Counted from the stretch's first letter, positions 25,016 through 40,291 are shown. The stretch: 64,000 bases of DNA from Dimorphilus gyrociliatus (GCA_904063045.1 CAJFCJ010000013.1:1594156-1658155), one strand, 5' to 3'. A program made the numbers and translations. The notes: generated by a model not told the origin, from the sequence alone.

Positions 25016-28000
25016 CTGTATATTGCTCTGAGCTTTCTTCCTTTTATTCATATTTGACGAAGTGTTGCTTTTTTTATAAAAAAAATATCAGTTCTTCCTT
25101 TATCTAAAGAATATTAGTTAATTAACGAAAGATAAAGCATACTACAATTTACTATTGCTACACTGATTGTCAAATACGATTGCTCATGTAATAAATTCAG
25201 AATAGAAGATAAAATGACAATTTCTATACATTGTATATCAAACAAAATATATATATATATACAGTATATATATATTGCTTTTCTTATAAAATCAATTATA
25301 TATGAATAATCGTATTAAAAATTATCATGCAAACAACAAGCTTAATAATTCCAGAGAATGGAGGTAGAGATAGAGAGAGCAATAGAGAGATATATATAGA
25401 GAGAGCAACAGAGAGAGCAATAGAGAGAGAGAGAGAGAGAGAGATACTGCCTTACCATACTCCTCCAGTACAAATATGCCATCCTTATGAGTACAGCAGC
25501 GTTTCACCCGTTTTATGTCAATATATAACTGAAATCAAAACCGATTGGTGGAAGTGAGATCTTACAGATGGATAGAGCAAGTTTTTTTTTACGGGATTGG
25601 AAGAAAGGCAGATTGGAAAAAACCGTGCAAAAATGCATAACTCCATACTAACGCAAGAAAAGTAAAAAAAATACAATTCAAAGGGGAGAATTTCTTTGAA
25701 AAAAAAAAATACCTTTTTTTTTAATATTTTCGTACTTATCAAAAAAAAAGGGAAAGCGCAAGTAAAAGAAATTCGCCCCTTTTAAACTGAATTAATCTTA
25801 TTTAAATATATTCGTTTATAATCAACTAACTATTTCTTAAACGTATTGTATGGATATTACGCATTCTTTTTTCAAATATAAACAACAAATAAACCACATA
25901 AGAGACGAACGCAAAATAAACTAATAAACATGAACAACAATCGCCACAACGGTCACTATCTACGCGTGTTTGTTTATTCTAAGTTTGTTTTTTTGAATGG
26001 TTTTTTTCTGTACCTCAATATCCTGCAGCAAAAAAAGATAGTATAAACAATTGTTATCGTTTATTGTTTACCATCCCTGCTTTTATACTTTTTTTTTTAA
26101 ATTTCTTTATAATTTATGACCTTTAAACACATTTAAAGTGTGTATATGAATATATAAAAATGTATATATATACTGTATATATATATATATATATAAAAGA
26201 AAAATATTAATATATATAAATAAATAAATATATATATACTGTATATTAAATGATAATGGTGATTCTTTTTTAAAATAAAACAACGGTTTGATAAATGTAT
26301 AAATATATATAAATATTTTAAAAAAAACGAAAAAAAAACAATGATTAATAAATAAAAAATACACAAAATAATTGAACAACTTAAAAGAAATCATAACGAA
26401 GGGTTCTGTTTTATTCTACATTCGATTAGTTATTCTAATCTATTTAGATCTAAATTTTAAACTAAGAAAGATACAAAATTTTATCATGTTAATTTACATA
26501 TTAATATTATATACAAAAATATAAACATATATGTATATGTTTATATCTCGTATACATCTAGTTAATACTTGTCTTGATGCTTTAGTAACTAAGAACTAAT
26601 ATTCAACTAAATATAGGCACAATTATATATATATATATATATATACTGTATACATATATATATATAAATATAATTACTATTCATATAAAGTATTATACAG
26701 ATAGACTTTTTTTAAGATTAAAAAAGTGAAAGATAGAGATAGAGATAGAAAGAAAAATGGATAGACAGATATAAATTTTTCTTAAGTGAAAATTTTGATT
26801 AAAGCTTGAAAACAAATATGTAAATATTTACTTCAACAAAAGAAGAAATAAATTAAAATTGAAAAATTTTTGTTTCAAAAACGAAGCAGATAAAAATTAA
26901 AGAGTAAAAAATTATGGCAGTTGAAAAAAAGAGATAATTGATTTCGTGAAATTTAGTAATAATTCTTTTTAATAATTTTTTTCTAATAAAACAATTTTAA
27001 TATAAAAATTAATTTCTTTATATTTATTAATTTTTAATATAGCTATAGTACATATATAAATTAATATATTTACTATATCTATTCACTTATGTAATTGTTT
27101 GTAAACAAAAAAAAAACATAATGAAAAAGATAAGTTATAAAAATTTGTTGCTGTATCTAGGTTTTTTAAGTAAAAAAAAAGACAACATGGACGAGGAAAT
27201 CCGATTGACAACAAGAGGGAAAATGGAACATATAGAGAATTTAAAAAAGAAAACACAAATAAAAAAATTTAAAGATAAATTTTTAGCTTATCATAACATA
27301 ACTATTTAATTTTGAGTTTTTTAAAATGATAAATATTTATTAGCAATATTTTAAATGAATAAATATATATATATATATAGATAATAGATAGTTTGTCTAT
27401 TTATCTATATAATATACATTTATATACTTTTTTCTTTCGTATAATTTCAAACTTTATTTAATTATTGAAAAATAATAGGATTTAGTCAAGCAAATAAATT
27501 GCTGACATATATTTTCGAAAATAATAAAAAAAGGAAAGAAATAGAAAAAGCTCTTTTTATTCGATTTTTAAAAAACGTTCTTTCGTTCTTTTTTTTTAAA
27601 GGATATTTCTATTTTTCCATTTAAATTTTTTTAAATAAAACAAATAAATAGTAAATATAATTTATATAAAATTATAAAAGAAGTAATAAAAGAAACGTAC
27701 AAAAATAATAATAATAAAAAAATTATAAATTAAGTAAGAGAACGATATACATTTTCTGCGAGACTAAATCCTAAAATAATGAATGGACTTCAATGAAATA
27801 TTTTAAATTATTCGATCATCTCTTTAAATAAGTAATTGAAATTAAAGATAATTTAAAGAAAATATTTCATGAAAGTGTTAAAACGAATGTATACTGAAAA
27901 AAGCTGAGAGATAAAGTAAAATACTTTATGTCAGGTCATTAAAATATATATATATATATTTTACCATTGGTATATATGTATATATGTTAGTTTCATATAT

Positions 28001-31000
28001 AAATATATACACAGTATACTTTCGTTAAGATATGATAAGCTTGAAGAGATATATAAATCTATTATAAAGGTAGATTTTTTGAAAAATTATTAGAAAATCA
28101 CTTACCTTACTACTGTGTAGTAATAAATTAATTCCATCTTTACAAACTTTTAGAATACCACCCTGACCAGTTTTAACGTCTTGCACAGGAAACGTACCAC
28201 CAGGCGATTTCGAACCTTTTGAAAAAAATAACTCAGATAAAATGAAATATACTAACTAACTAATATACAGAGTAGGTAAAATTAAAGATGAAAGAAAGTA
28301 GTTTGAAAAAACTTACTAATGTCGAAAGGTTTGGGTCTGGCTTTATCCATAGCATCCTTAATGCACTCGTACAATTCTTTACACTAAAATAATAGAATGG
28401 AATAATTTTACTGTCGGAACCTAATCATTTCTTGATTATAATTACTTTTTTTGTATAGAATGTTGTTGGTTCGGATTTGCCGTTCTTTTCCCGCCAAAAG
28501 CATATAACTTTAGTTTGACTACAACATGTCATATTGACCAATCTCTCATACCACCATCTAATAAATTAAAAGAGAAATTATGTAGACAAAATATAACACA
28601 ACAATAATATCGCAGTATATACAGTATTTGCCTCTCTGACATGCATATAAATATTTCATACCTGTCTCTAATTGTGCCATTAACGCTACGAAGTATTACA
28701 CAATCATCGCAAACTTCCATAAATAGCATTTCTCCACTATTATCCTGACCTTTATGAACGTTGAACGAGAGTTTATACATCATCCTACTTCCAACTGGTT
28801 TAAGATCAATGTCATTGGCATTCTAATAGAGAAAAAAACATCAGTTATTGATAATAATATTTATTTCTTTATGTATATATTACCAGTTTATGAATTTCGT
28901 CCAAAAGCTTGTTGATTTGTGCGCTATACTGTAAACCAATATGACATTTCCCAAGAAGCCTTCTCACCTTTCTCTTTATTTCATTCTTACTAACTCGCAT
29001 CATGACCATAAAAGCAATCATATTATACAACATTGTCGTTAACAGTTTGTCTTCGTCATGTTCTACTCGTTTTCTCTCGACGTCTTTCAGTGACTCGTAT
29101 CTTTCAATCATCTCACCTATTCCCTGATCCATACCAATAATATCTCGTTCTTGGGCTACTGCATCGAGGAAGGAATCTTCCCAAAATTGTAATTTGTCCC
29201 ATAGCCATGATCTTTCTCTGGCAACCGTCGGTTCGAATAAATATGTGCGCTTATTTTCTGGACTAGGCAAGCTAAAAGTCAGTAAATTTCCATCCGTGTA
29301 ACGATATCCCCCGCTCATAGGAGTTTTAGCATTACTCAAAAGGGTTAGAGATCGCCTACTTTTGCTCGTACTTCCAGTAACAGTAGACTCTAATTCTGTA
29401 TCCGAAACGTAGCTTCTAAAAGAACTGTGCTGACCTAATTTTAAATTTCTTCTACCATCTTCACCAGTAAAATCTGAGCTGGTGCTAACAAGAGTACTAG
29501 CGTCAGATATTTCAGAGTCCATTGAAGATAGTTTTGCTAAATCGCTCTTCTTTCCTCTCATCAACTCTTTATTCTTAACTAACTCTCTCAAATAGTCTCC
29601 TTGTTCTCCACTAGTCCTCTCCAACCCAGCCGTATCAGTTATGACTATATTTGTCGCTACAATATTTGCATTTGGTTCAACCATACTCTGCTCATCAGTA
29701 GTAACATTTGCATTTCCTGTAAGTAGAGAAAAAAGATATAAAAAACTTAATTCACATATGAATACACTTTTTATAAAAACATCTATTTTTCATTGAAGAA
29801 TTTCACAAAAAAAATTAATCCTTTACTTAACAACGTTACAATAAAAACAAAAATGAAAGAAGATTCCAAAAAAAAAAAGTAAAAACACCATATCGATATC
29901 AACATATTTTTTCTTGTATACATGATGAGAAAAATAGATGGAAGTCTCCACTTAAAGAATTAAGAAAAAAGCCACTGGCCTTCAAAAGCTGATAAAGATC
30001 TACGTAAAGGTTTCGACCATCCACTCAAAATTGATCCTTTGTTATTAATTTTTAAAATGAAATAATTTGAGATTTTTTATCATGCAAAAAAAAATTTATA
30101 ATTGAAATATATGCTATATATACTGTATATGTATATAACTACAGATGTGTAATACTTGAATTCATAGAGTAAGAAGAGATAAATTTTTAAAAAAGGAAAA
30201 TCTATATATTCTATACACTTACCTACTGTACCAACAGGATCGTGTGAAGAGTCTGTCACCATTGAGCTAAGGCTTTCACGACTTCCAAACGGTGAATTAG
30301 TCTTTTAAAAAAGAAATTTCACCTTAATAAAAGCTGAAAGTTAGTCTATTTTTTTAAATACTTACCAAAGATGGGTTGCTCGATTCGCTTTTATTTGATC
30401 CATTATCCTTTTCCCAATAGTGAGTATGAATAATCTCTAATAAAGCGAAAGCCGATGACATTCCACCTAAACCATTATTATTTTGAAAAGAATGCTCCAG
30501 ACCCCCAATGATAATTTTCATTAGCGTTAACATGTCTTTAAACACTTTCTTGGAAATGCACTGAATGGAAACGAATACATCAATTACTTAATGATAGAGA
30601 AATAATAGAGAAAGGGCTTAGTGAATTACTTACAACGTCCTCGACATAACGATCTTCGTCTGTTAGCTTCCTCTCGTTAGACGCCTTTAGACGACCAAGA
30701 ACAAGATTTCTATAATTCTCGTCCTCCATTAGTTTTTTAACCTTAGAGGCTCTAAAGAATCCAACGCCTTGACCAACCAAGACGTCACTAACGACATCTT
30801 TTAAAAATTGTTGACTTTCACTGAAATAACAAAAAAATTAAAATTAATAATATTAGGGGAAAAAGATCAATAGAAAAAAATTGTTTACTTGTTTGTAACT
30901 GCTTTATTCTCTATCGTTGCCTGCTTTACAGTTTGTGGTTCCATTCTTTTAGCAACAGCTTTAGAAAGAGATGACTTTTCTAGAGATTTCTTACTGCCTA

Positions 31001-31232
31001 AAGGTGCATAGGGCTTTGGTGATTTCGTAGATAGTGCAGGCTTAGAATTGCCTGTTGACAAGCAATATGAATCGTAAATATTATTTTATTAAAAAAAGAG
31101 TATATTCAGATTTATATAGAGAATCATTGGTTTCTATTACAACATTTATAAGGTTGCTGTTTTACTTCCTTTCCTTTAAATGACATGAAATCTTACAATA
31201 TATTAGTGTATATTTATATATATAAACATTTA

Positions 31233-31277
<45 letters not shown>

Positions 31278-34200
31278 TAAAATAAAGCTACTTTTCTGCT
31301 TCTAATATATACAGTATATACCAGAGACAAAGTGAAAATAGCTATTTTCCATCTAAAAATACGCTTTTAAAACAGTTTGAATAGCTTAAATTAAAAGCTA
31401 ATAAGGAGAGATCTAAAAAAATAATTTATCAAATAATCCCGTTCTTCATTTGAACAATTGGTGAAACGTTAAGGGAAAAAACAAAAAAAGAAAAACAGAA
31501 CGTTTTTTTTTATTTAATCAATAAATTTACTTTCTTTTCCTTTTCTTTTTTATAATACAAATATCTAACATATAAAACATGCATAAATTGATTGGTTGGA
31601 ATGAGTTGAATAACTAAAAACTACGTCAGTGTTTATAATAATATATCGACACCTGTACCTCTAGCAGTTTCAAAAGTTTCGTTAACTTTCGCGAGAAAAT
31701 CCATATTCTTATCCTTTAACCCTTTAAAAATTATTTCGTTTTTGCTAAATATAAATATAAAAAGAGAAAAACACAGACACATACAGGACATATATATAAT
31801 AGAATATATATATATATATATATATATGTACAAGCTGTATATAAATAAATGTACCATATATACATCTATATCTATATATTTTCAATAGAAAGTTTAAAAA
31901 AACCCTCATGCAAAGAGAAATGTAAATATATATATTTGAAAGCAGTATTTACTTACCAAAAATTTCTGATAATTTGGAAGAAGCACTTTCGGTAACATCG
32001 TCCAATTGATTGCTTATAGTTGAGAAAACCGAACTTTGAGATTCGGTTCTTGCTTTTGTTGATGGTGATGACAACGTTGCTTGTTTTTCTTGTATATTTT
32101 CTCCTTTTTGACTTTTTTGACTATCCGAACGACTTAAACTCTGAATAAGTAGTTTTTGTTATTGATTTTCGTTTAAAAATACGTACACAAACAAGTATTT
32201 AAAAAAACTTGTTATTGAGTAAAAAAACAACTTATAAAATGAGAAGAGGGAGAGAGGAAAAAAAAACAACTGACGAATGAGTATTTTGTAAAAAGAAGAA
32301 AAATACGTGATTACAATCATTAAACGGATCTGTATTTCGATACAGATAATGGGCAACGACAAGTTTATTTCCTAAAAGACGAAGAACAATTCAATGTCGG
32401 TCCGTCCGGCTGACAAAATGGGGGCGGGGGAGAGGAACTATTGAGGAAAGAATAAATAGTTGGAAAGTGCGTGACGAAACTATAATTAACTATAAAAAAT
32501 TACGGTACATTCTCAGCAAAAAAAGGAAAATATCTGAGTACAACATGTAGTCTTATCACGAACCCTGCTTTTTAAATTCGGCGGTGGAGGACGTTGCGGT
32601 CGCCCTGGAGAACCTGAAGTCGGAGTTTGGGGCGTTGGCGATTCCGGTTTTCCGGAAGACTTCAACTGTTGCATTCCCCTAGCCGCCAAATTCCCCGAAT
32701 CATAACGGAAATATTCTCCTTCGCACTGCCGCGCACATTTGTTTTATTGATTTTTTTTTGTCGTTATAGTTTTTTTTAAGCCGTAATAGTCGTTTTTTTC
32801 ATGGTATTTTTTTTGTTATTTCAAATAAAACGACCAAAACGGTAAATACAAAAAATACAAAACAGAAACATTCTGTTGCATTTACCTTTTGTGAAGATGT
32901 TTTTGTCTTTTCATCAGGATGTGGTGGCACATCCGCCAATGGAAATTGCGGTCGGACATTTGTCGAATAAGTAGGGCTACTGGAACCATCTGTCGAATCT
33001 GAATCTTCGTCAGGTCCACTCGTAGGAGCTTCTGGAACGTGTAATTTTGACGGCGGACTAAATACTCTAGATTCATCTACAGTTAGAACTTGGCTTTCGT
33101 GATAGATTTCTGAATTGAAAAAAAAAATTAATTTAGACATTAAAAAAACTAATAGTAATCTTTATTCTTCTATGAGGAAATGAAATGATATTATTTGTAC
33201 AGTATTTTACATTTCATAGTGTGGAGAAGAGAAGGTTTTTTGTTAATTATTTGCTCGGGAATAAGATTACATAATATTTACCTGGAGTTTCGCCATTTAT
33301 TTCACTATTTTGTATGTCTATAACAAAATCGGATAAAGATGAATAACTAGAACTTGTTGATGCAGCACCCTCTTCGCTATCACTTCCACTTTCGTCTAGA
33401 AAATTGATGATTGAGAATGTTTAATTAAGATAATATCACGTAAAAATTGTTAACCTGTAGGAACATCATCAGAAGTTGCCTGTTCTCTCAACGATCTAAC
33501 AGCGGCACCCAGCGTTGACGTTTCCTCATCGAAAAGGGGAAAGGCGATGAGTTGAAGTTGTTGACTATACCACTTAGGTTTATCACCAATCTGCTTAGGA
33601 TCAACTGTCCAAGTTTGCACCCTTGCAAATGCATCATTCGATGGCCTGAGTAGCCATTCAGCGAAATATTCTACAGCCTGAGTCCGAGCTAGCTTACTAG
33701 TAAACTGACTCTGTATCGGCCGCGATTTACAAAAGCTAGCCATTTGGAAAGCAACAACGGGTCTTGGATACAATCTTAACGTTCTAGTATGTTCCGATAG
33801 ATTCCCAAGTATGTTTTGCGAATTGAAAAATCGTACCTGTTTTAATTATTTTATAGATGAGGTAAGAAAAACTCACTTAAATATATATTTTTTAACAACT
33901 AAAGAAACCTTACCATAGCAACTCTTGTAGCTACATCGACTGAATCTATGTCATTTCCGTAAATTAACGGATTAAAACCCGTCGACGTAGTGGTCATACT
34001 TTCTCTTCGAGCCTGCCACAAATCAGGATTTTGTGCCAAAGCATCCAAATTCTTTATGGGTTGTGGATTCATGCTCATACTCGCCAAGGCCTAATAAAAA
34101 GAAAATGTTAACATTTTCTGTCATACTGCATCATATTTATAGAATAGTTAAATAAATACAGCAAATCATCTATGTGGAATTATTGAATTTTTTTAATTAT

Positions 34201-36985
34201 AAAAAAGTATATAATCCTCTCTTTTTTTTTCCTCCTCAAACTCCTGCATTTACTCTCTTCAATACTCTAATTAAAAGATTTTTCTTTAAAGAAAATAAAA
34301 GTAAGAAGGTAGAAAGGAATAAAGAAGGAAGAAAAATAAGGCAAGGTATATACTTTATATGTTCATAATGTATATGTAAGAGAAGAATAAATTCTTTTAA
34401 AAAAACAAGAAAAACATATACGTCTTTGCCAAGGTTAATTAATAAAATAGCTTGAAAGAAAACGCTTACACCTTAACAGAAAATAAAACAAGCAATACGT
34501 TACATTGGCTTTGATAAATAAAAAAGATTAATATCATTGTTCTTTCTCTCTCTTTTTTTAATATAAAAGCTTAAAGCAAGCGATGCTCGTTATAGAATCT
34601 TTTATACTGTCTCTGGTTAACTTACATTTTTGTTGTAATCGCTTTTAGTCTGTAACTAACGAATAACTTCGGACGTTAATATTGTATATAAGAACACCAA
34701 CAGTTATTCATTGCATTTAAATGATTAATAACCTGTTAAATTTTGTGTATTCTTTTTTAAAAAAAAAAAAAAACATGTTTTTTGCTATTTTTATACTTCT
34801 TACTCTTTACATTTCTGCTTTTTCTTCTCTAATGTTCTCATTTTATCCTTTTTAATTACATTAAATTAAGCGGTGACTTTTAAAATGTTCAAGTTACATA
34901 TATTATAGAATCGTTTTAAAAACATATTATCTCTTAATATATAAATATGTATTTTTAACATCTCTATTCTCACTTCTTCTATTCTACATATCTTAATAGA
35001 ATGGCGAATTTTTTTTATTATTCTTACGGCATAAATATTTCATATGCCTAATAGGCTGAATTTGATGCAAGAGTAAATTAGATTAAGCCAAAAAAAAAAA
35101 TAAAATAAAGAACTTATAATGCATTTCTCGCACAGCAAAACTAAAAATAATCAACGATTTATGCTTTTTCCTCAAGGAATTCTAACTTACGCTGATATAT
35201 TCTGGATTCCATAAAATTTCGGGCTAAATAATAACAACTACGTGCTAAAATTCTACAATAAACTTATGGTAAATACCTGTTTCAGATGGTTCTTTAAAGT
35301 AGAGGCTTCCGGCTCTGGAATTGTAGGTAAATCTTCGGCATTCTTTGGTTTCGTAATCTGAACGAGAAGATTATAGAAATATTATTAAGAAATATAATAT
35401 ACTTAATGTGAAAATTATTGTGTGTATCAACCGAGTTGGAATCAAGATCTATTAACCAAACATCATCGGGTAGACGGAAATTCTTTTTGTATTTCAGAAA
35501 AGTTGCCGGTATACCAATTATAAAAGGTGTAGGTGCTAGTAGTAGCTAGAAATAAATACAAGTTTGTTACAATATATAATTAGAATAACATATCTAGGTA
35601 GTATATCTTATTATAGAGACAAATAAGAAACTATTGTAGGAAATTGTCAAAGATATTTTTACCTGTTCGGCCGAACTCATACACGTTGGTAGGAGTGGTA
35701 TCTTAGGAAACATGTATTCCAATGGGTACAGCATGGATACGAAAGCCATTACACTCATTGTTAAAGCGTTATAGTCCCGAGATTGTAATATAACCTTTAA
35801 AAGAAAGTAATTATATTAGCATGCTATAAACGTGATAAGAAAGTAAACTCAGAAAAGTGAGACTAACCTTATGTTCTAGCATAATGCACGTTAATACTTT
35901 CAAACATGTATCGACCCCGAGTAATTCTAGAGGTAGATGAAGGGGGAAATCAACCAATGAAAAACGATTTCGTTCGGGTAAAGCAAAAAGAAACGGTGAA
36001 TAAATATCGGATGGAAGCACTTCAACCTGTAAACAAATTAAAAATTTATTAGTTATACATATCATATTCGTAAAATTGAGTGAAAATTACCTCAACGCGA
36101 GTCTTTCCGGGTACCGGAACAGGAGCGCTGAGTAGCCTAAATATCCATTTTTCTATCTCTTGCACCTCTCTCATTACTAAACTGGGCATATTTTCTGTAG
36201 ATTGACCAGTTAAAACACTCCAAACAGTATCCCTGAAGGTAGATTGTTTTTTTTTTAATAAAAATATGACAGGCATATATATATATATATACAGTATATA
36301 ATAAAATTGGATGTTAATCAGATTAGCTATATTATCCAGGGAGTAGTTAAGGAGAATGTACAAACCTGTAGATGCATTTCGAACCTCCGGCTCTTTTAGG
36401 CCCTGATCTTTCGTTGCAAGCTTTAACAGTTTCCCTGAAGACGTTTAAACATTGCCTAAAAGTCTTAAAGAATGGATGATGACTTATAATGCAAAGAGAT
36501 GTTAAAGTATTATTTCGAATTTTGGATGCTGTCTTTTTACGTCTCTGCGTGTGTGGCGATTTAGGAGAACGAGGTCTTTCCTCCTCCTGGGACGGAAGAC
36601 TCAACGATGAACTGCAATCCGACAACGAAGGAGCATGTCGATCAAATTTGTAGTGATCAGATACAGGAGCACGGCGTTCATATGGTCTATAAAAGTTCAA
36701 ACACATTCCATAACGTTCAACGCCGGAATCTTTTTCCGTTAGCGTAAATACGAATGAGGTGGATGATTGAAGAGCAGTTTTCTTTGCACTAACACTTATA
36801 CAACCCTCTGGTTGGCAAAAGAAAACAACATCCGGAGGAAGAGAAAAGTCTTTGTGATCTTCTACGGGATATCTTCGAAGTAGTTCAGGAGTCTGGGCAA
36901 CATTATTATTACGGGATGGATGCCGAGAACCCACAATAACGACATAATCCAGAAGACGAGGACAGAGATTCTTTTTTTCCGTCAT
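22927..36985 (-). CDS. MADD: MAP kinase-activating death domain protein / Rab3 GEF (DENN domain), multi-exon
   Basis: [102 protein letters not shown] and terminal [14 protein letters not shown] all match MADD. Confidence 0.96.
25366..25443. repeat. Imperfect (AG)n microsatellite in a MADD intron
   Basis: GAGA runs interrupted by CAAT/TATA; it generates the spurious ORFs 25325-25507 and 25327-25557. Confidence 0.9.
31237..31276. repeat. (TA)n microsatellite in a MADD intron
   Basis: Uninterrupted TA run read directly. Confidence 0.95.
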
Positions 36986-37900
36986 TATTGCATCGAAGCT
37001 TTTGGCACTGTCCTTTTTTATTATTTAAATATTCTTTCTTTACTTTGAGCAAAATTTTATTCCATGTATTGCTTTTGCTGTTTCATCTCTGTTGTAAACA
37101 TATTTCTCATGATTAATCATCAAATATACCTAATTAGTTTCAAAGCTATCTTGCCCTCAAATAAAATTTATTAATCTTTATATTTTTCTAAAATTACTTA
37201 GCAATGACTTTCTAATAGATTAAAGAGCTTTTGAAATTTTCAACCAGTTCTTATAATTATAAACTTTGCATTTCTCTAGATTAATTTCGTTTTAAGAACA
37301 CGAGTAGCAGCTGATGAGATGAGTAAATAGACCTATGGCATACCGATAGACGATTTTCGGCCAAAATCGAAGTTGTCCAAAAATAAAATAACGACAAAAA
37401 TGAAAACTTACATAAGAAGTAACTTTTGTGACGCCTTCCACATCACATCACTTCCATTTAACGTATAATAACGCATAAATTAGATGATAATTAGTTCTCT
37501 ACGTCAACTTCATTGATTCAATCCCAGTGTGCCTCAGTTTTTACGAGTTGTAGTAATTTTCGTTTATTCTTTAATTTTTATTATCTTTTAAAATATTTAA
37601 TAAATAATAACTTACTAAATAGTGAAGTTTAAACGAATTTTTAATAAAATTAATCTTATCACTAGATGGCGTTACCTTCCCAAACAAGATGGCGATTTGA
37701 TAACAAAAAACAGTTTGTCCCGTCACATTGTATTCCAATCTGCTCATCGGTTCGCATTACTTCTGACTGAAGTTTTCGAAGAGCAAAGGCCAACTATTTA
37801 TTGTGCAAGGACTGCTCCACAGCGATCTTTACAAATTTAATCGGCTTTTTACTATTTCTTACTTTGGTTGGACCGCATTTAAATTTTTTTAACGAACAAA

Positions 37901-40291
37901 ATGTGTTCCCGAGATGCTCGCGACAAGATAAGCAGATATTACTTGGTTTTCCTAAATGTTCTATTCTTGGTAAGTTTTTCCTTCATCTAATTTAAAATTT
38001 AAATGGAAAAGAAAATGAAAGAAATGAGGCTATGGAATTTCAACACTCTGACAAGTGCAGAAGTTACCCATTTTTTATATCACTGCTGTATTTTTTTTTT
38101 ATAGTTTTCGTCGATGTAATATATTCATCTATTTTATATATATATATATATCTACATTTCAGCTTATCGGTTGTGCCCTTGGAACATTCGGCATCTGGCT
38201 AAGAATTGATAACGACATGTTAAACTCATTAAAAATTCTCAAAGTATCTCTTAGGGTAAGTTTTTACAATACAATACTTAGTTTATAGTCACCACGCAAG
38301 TATTCAGAAAACCGCCAACTGCGATTTAGTCTTTTTTACTAGACCGGATCCTGGTAAAAAAAAAGAGAGCATTTTGTTCTCTTAAAAAAGTTGTATAAGA
38401 GGAAGGATGAAATAGAACATTTTTGATGATAATTATCTCTAACAGAGTGTATTATAAATCACCTAGAAAATAACCGCTTTTATTTGAGATATTTAACTTT
38501 ATTTTAAGAGAATTATAAGAATATTTTTTACAGGTTAAAGCATTCACTTATAATTTATAAATATACAGTATATATATATATATATAGGCATAAAAGAGAT
38601 ATGAAAAATGAGTGAAATATCCCTGTTAATATTAATCAGAGTTCAATATAAAAATTTTCTATCTGGTTATAATAAGGATATTCATAACCTTGGGAGGTTA
38701 ATTAATATTTAAATCCTTTACAAATAGAGAATATTCTTAATCAGAATAATGATTATTAATTATTGTCCTCGATAATATTGACTTAAATTTAGGGATTATG
38801 ATGATGAAAATAGTATATATTATTGTTTATATTTTTTCCAGGCCGATAATCTCCACCTTGCTTGCTATATAATGATTGCCGTTGCGGCTTGTATCATTTT
38901 TATCTCCTTTTTCGGCTGTTGCGGAGCCTGTTTCGAAAAGCCTGGATGTCTACTATTTGTAAGTTGATCATTTGAAATAAGTTTTTTTATGCGATTTTCT
39001 ATGATTTTTATCAAACAGTATGCCGTGTTATGTTTGCTTATACTCCTATCGCAAGTTACCATCGCTGCTCTGGCATTTGTTTATAAGGATAAGGTATATT
39101 ATTACATATAGTATCGGTCTAGCAGTAATTTGCGATGCACTAATGTATTTTTGCTCAGGTTTTCAACTTTCTGAAGAAGAGAATGTCGTACGACGTGAAG
39201 CATAAATATCAAAGAAAGTTTTTCGATCCTACAGCCGAGGTCGATGCATTTAGTTTGTATTGGGATATTGTACAAGTTAACGTAAGAATTAACTTTGTTT
39301 ATTAATTGCTAGCAGTTGGTTAGACAACTTAATTAAAAATTTATTAATAACTGCTATAGCCGTGATATTAGATCATCATTATTTTTAATTAAGGAAAATC
39401 TTGATTTGCTACTAAGTTTCGTTTAGTTGATACTCGCATTAAATAGGTTTAGATCTTTTGAGATGTATGAAAAAAAAGATTAAAACATATTCTTAACAGA
39501 TGAGATGTTGCGGCGGTGGCGAGCCGAAAGATTATGAAAACAGTTTGTGGTATAATATAACCAAAGAACATACAGATACTCATGGGACAACGGTAGAGCT
39601 TTTTATTTTTTCTATTTATTTGAACATTTATTCTTGAACAATAACAAAACAAAAAGTTGATTACAAATAAATAATCTTTTTTAATAGGAGCCTGAATTGA
39701 CTAGATACTTCGTACCTGACACTTGCTGCGTGCTACATAACAAAAATGTTGAAAAGCCTGATCCTGTAGATAGGGTAAAATGCCAAAAAGATGCCGACGA
39801 ATATATAAGAAAACTACACAACGGAGTTACTGACTATCTTCACGTTTATGTAAGTTTATTATTTCTTTTTTAATTATTCCTGCATTGAGATAAAAATAAA
39901 AAGTGGGTGGGGGCAGGAGGAAATCGTATGGTATTTTATAAGGCCATTTAATTAAGGATTATTAAAATAAGATTAGTGATTGCGGGATACCAATTTTATT
40001 TCAAATAATATTTACTAGTACTTTTATCTGTTGCTCTGATTATCTGCATGGTATTTTATTTATTATGTTATTTGATATATAATCTTTCTTCATTTTTCTG
40101 AACAGAACTGCCACAGACGTTTAAAGGATTGGTTTGAGAAGAACGGCGTTTATATACTAGTAGTTGTCTGTTGCGTATGCGCTTTTCAATTCTTTGGATT
40201 CATTGCTGCTTGTTGCTTGATTTCATCTATAAAAAGGGAAAATCGAATGTATCTATATAATAGCGTTTATCAAGGCGATAAGCCAATCTAA
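37901..40291 (+). CDS. Tetraspanin, eight exons
   Basis: Spliced product has four hydrophobic helices, the FFGCCGAC small loop, a large loop with MRCCGG, VPDTCC and later Cys residues, and a C-tail ending TAA at 40289-40291. All junctions are GT-AG and phase 0. Confidence 0.93.

Noticed and set aside
26107-26394. Hydrophobic Ile/Tyr/Phe-rich ORFs in MADD introns (also 26133-26366, 24822-25031, 44539-44721, 58679-58864)
   Set aside because: They are translation artefacts of (TA)n, (AG)n and poly-A/T tracts.
27598-27606. Minus-strand ATATCCTTT resembling a U12 (AT-AC) donor in MADD, and a plus-strand copy at 41176
   Set aside because: No adjacent exon or U12 branch point was found; the motif is AT-rich and expected by chance.
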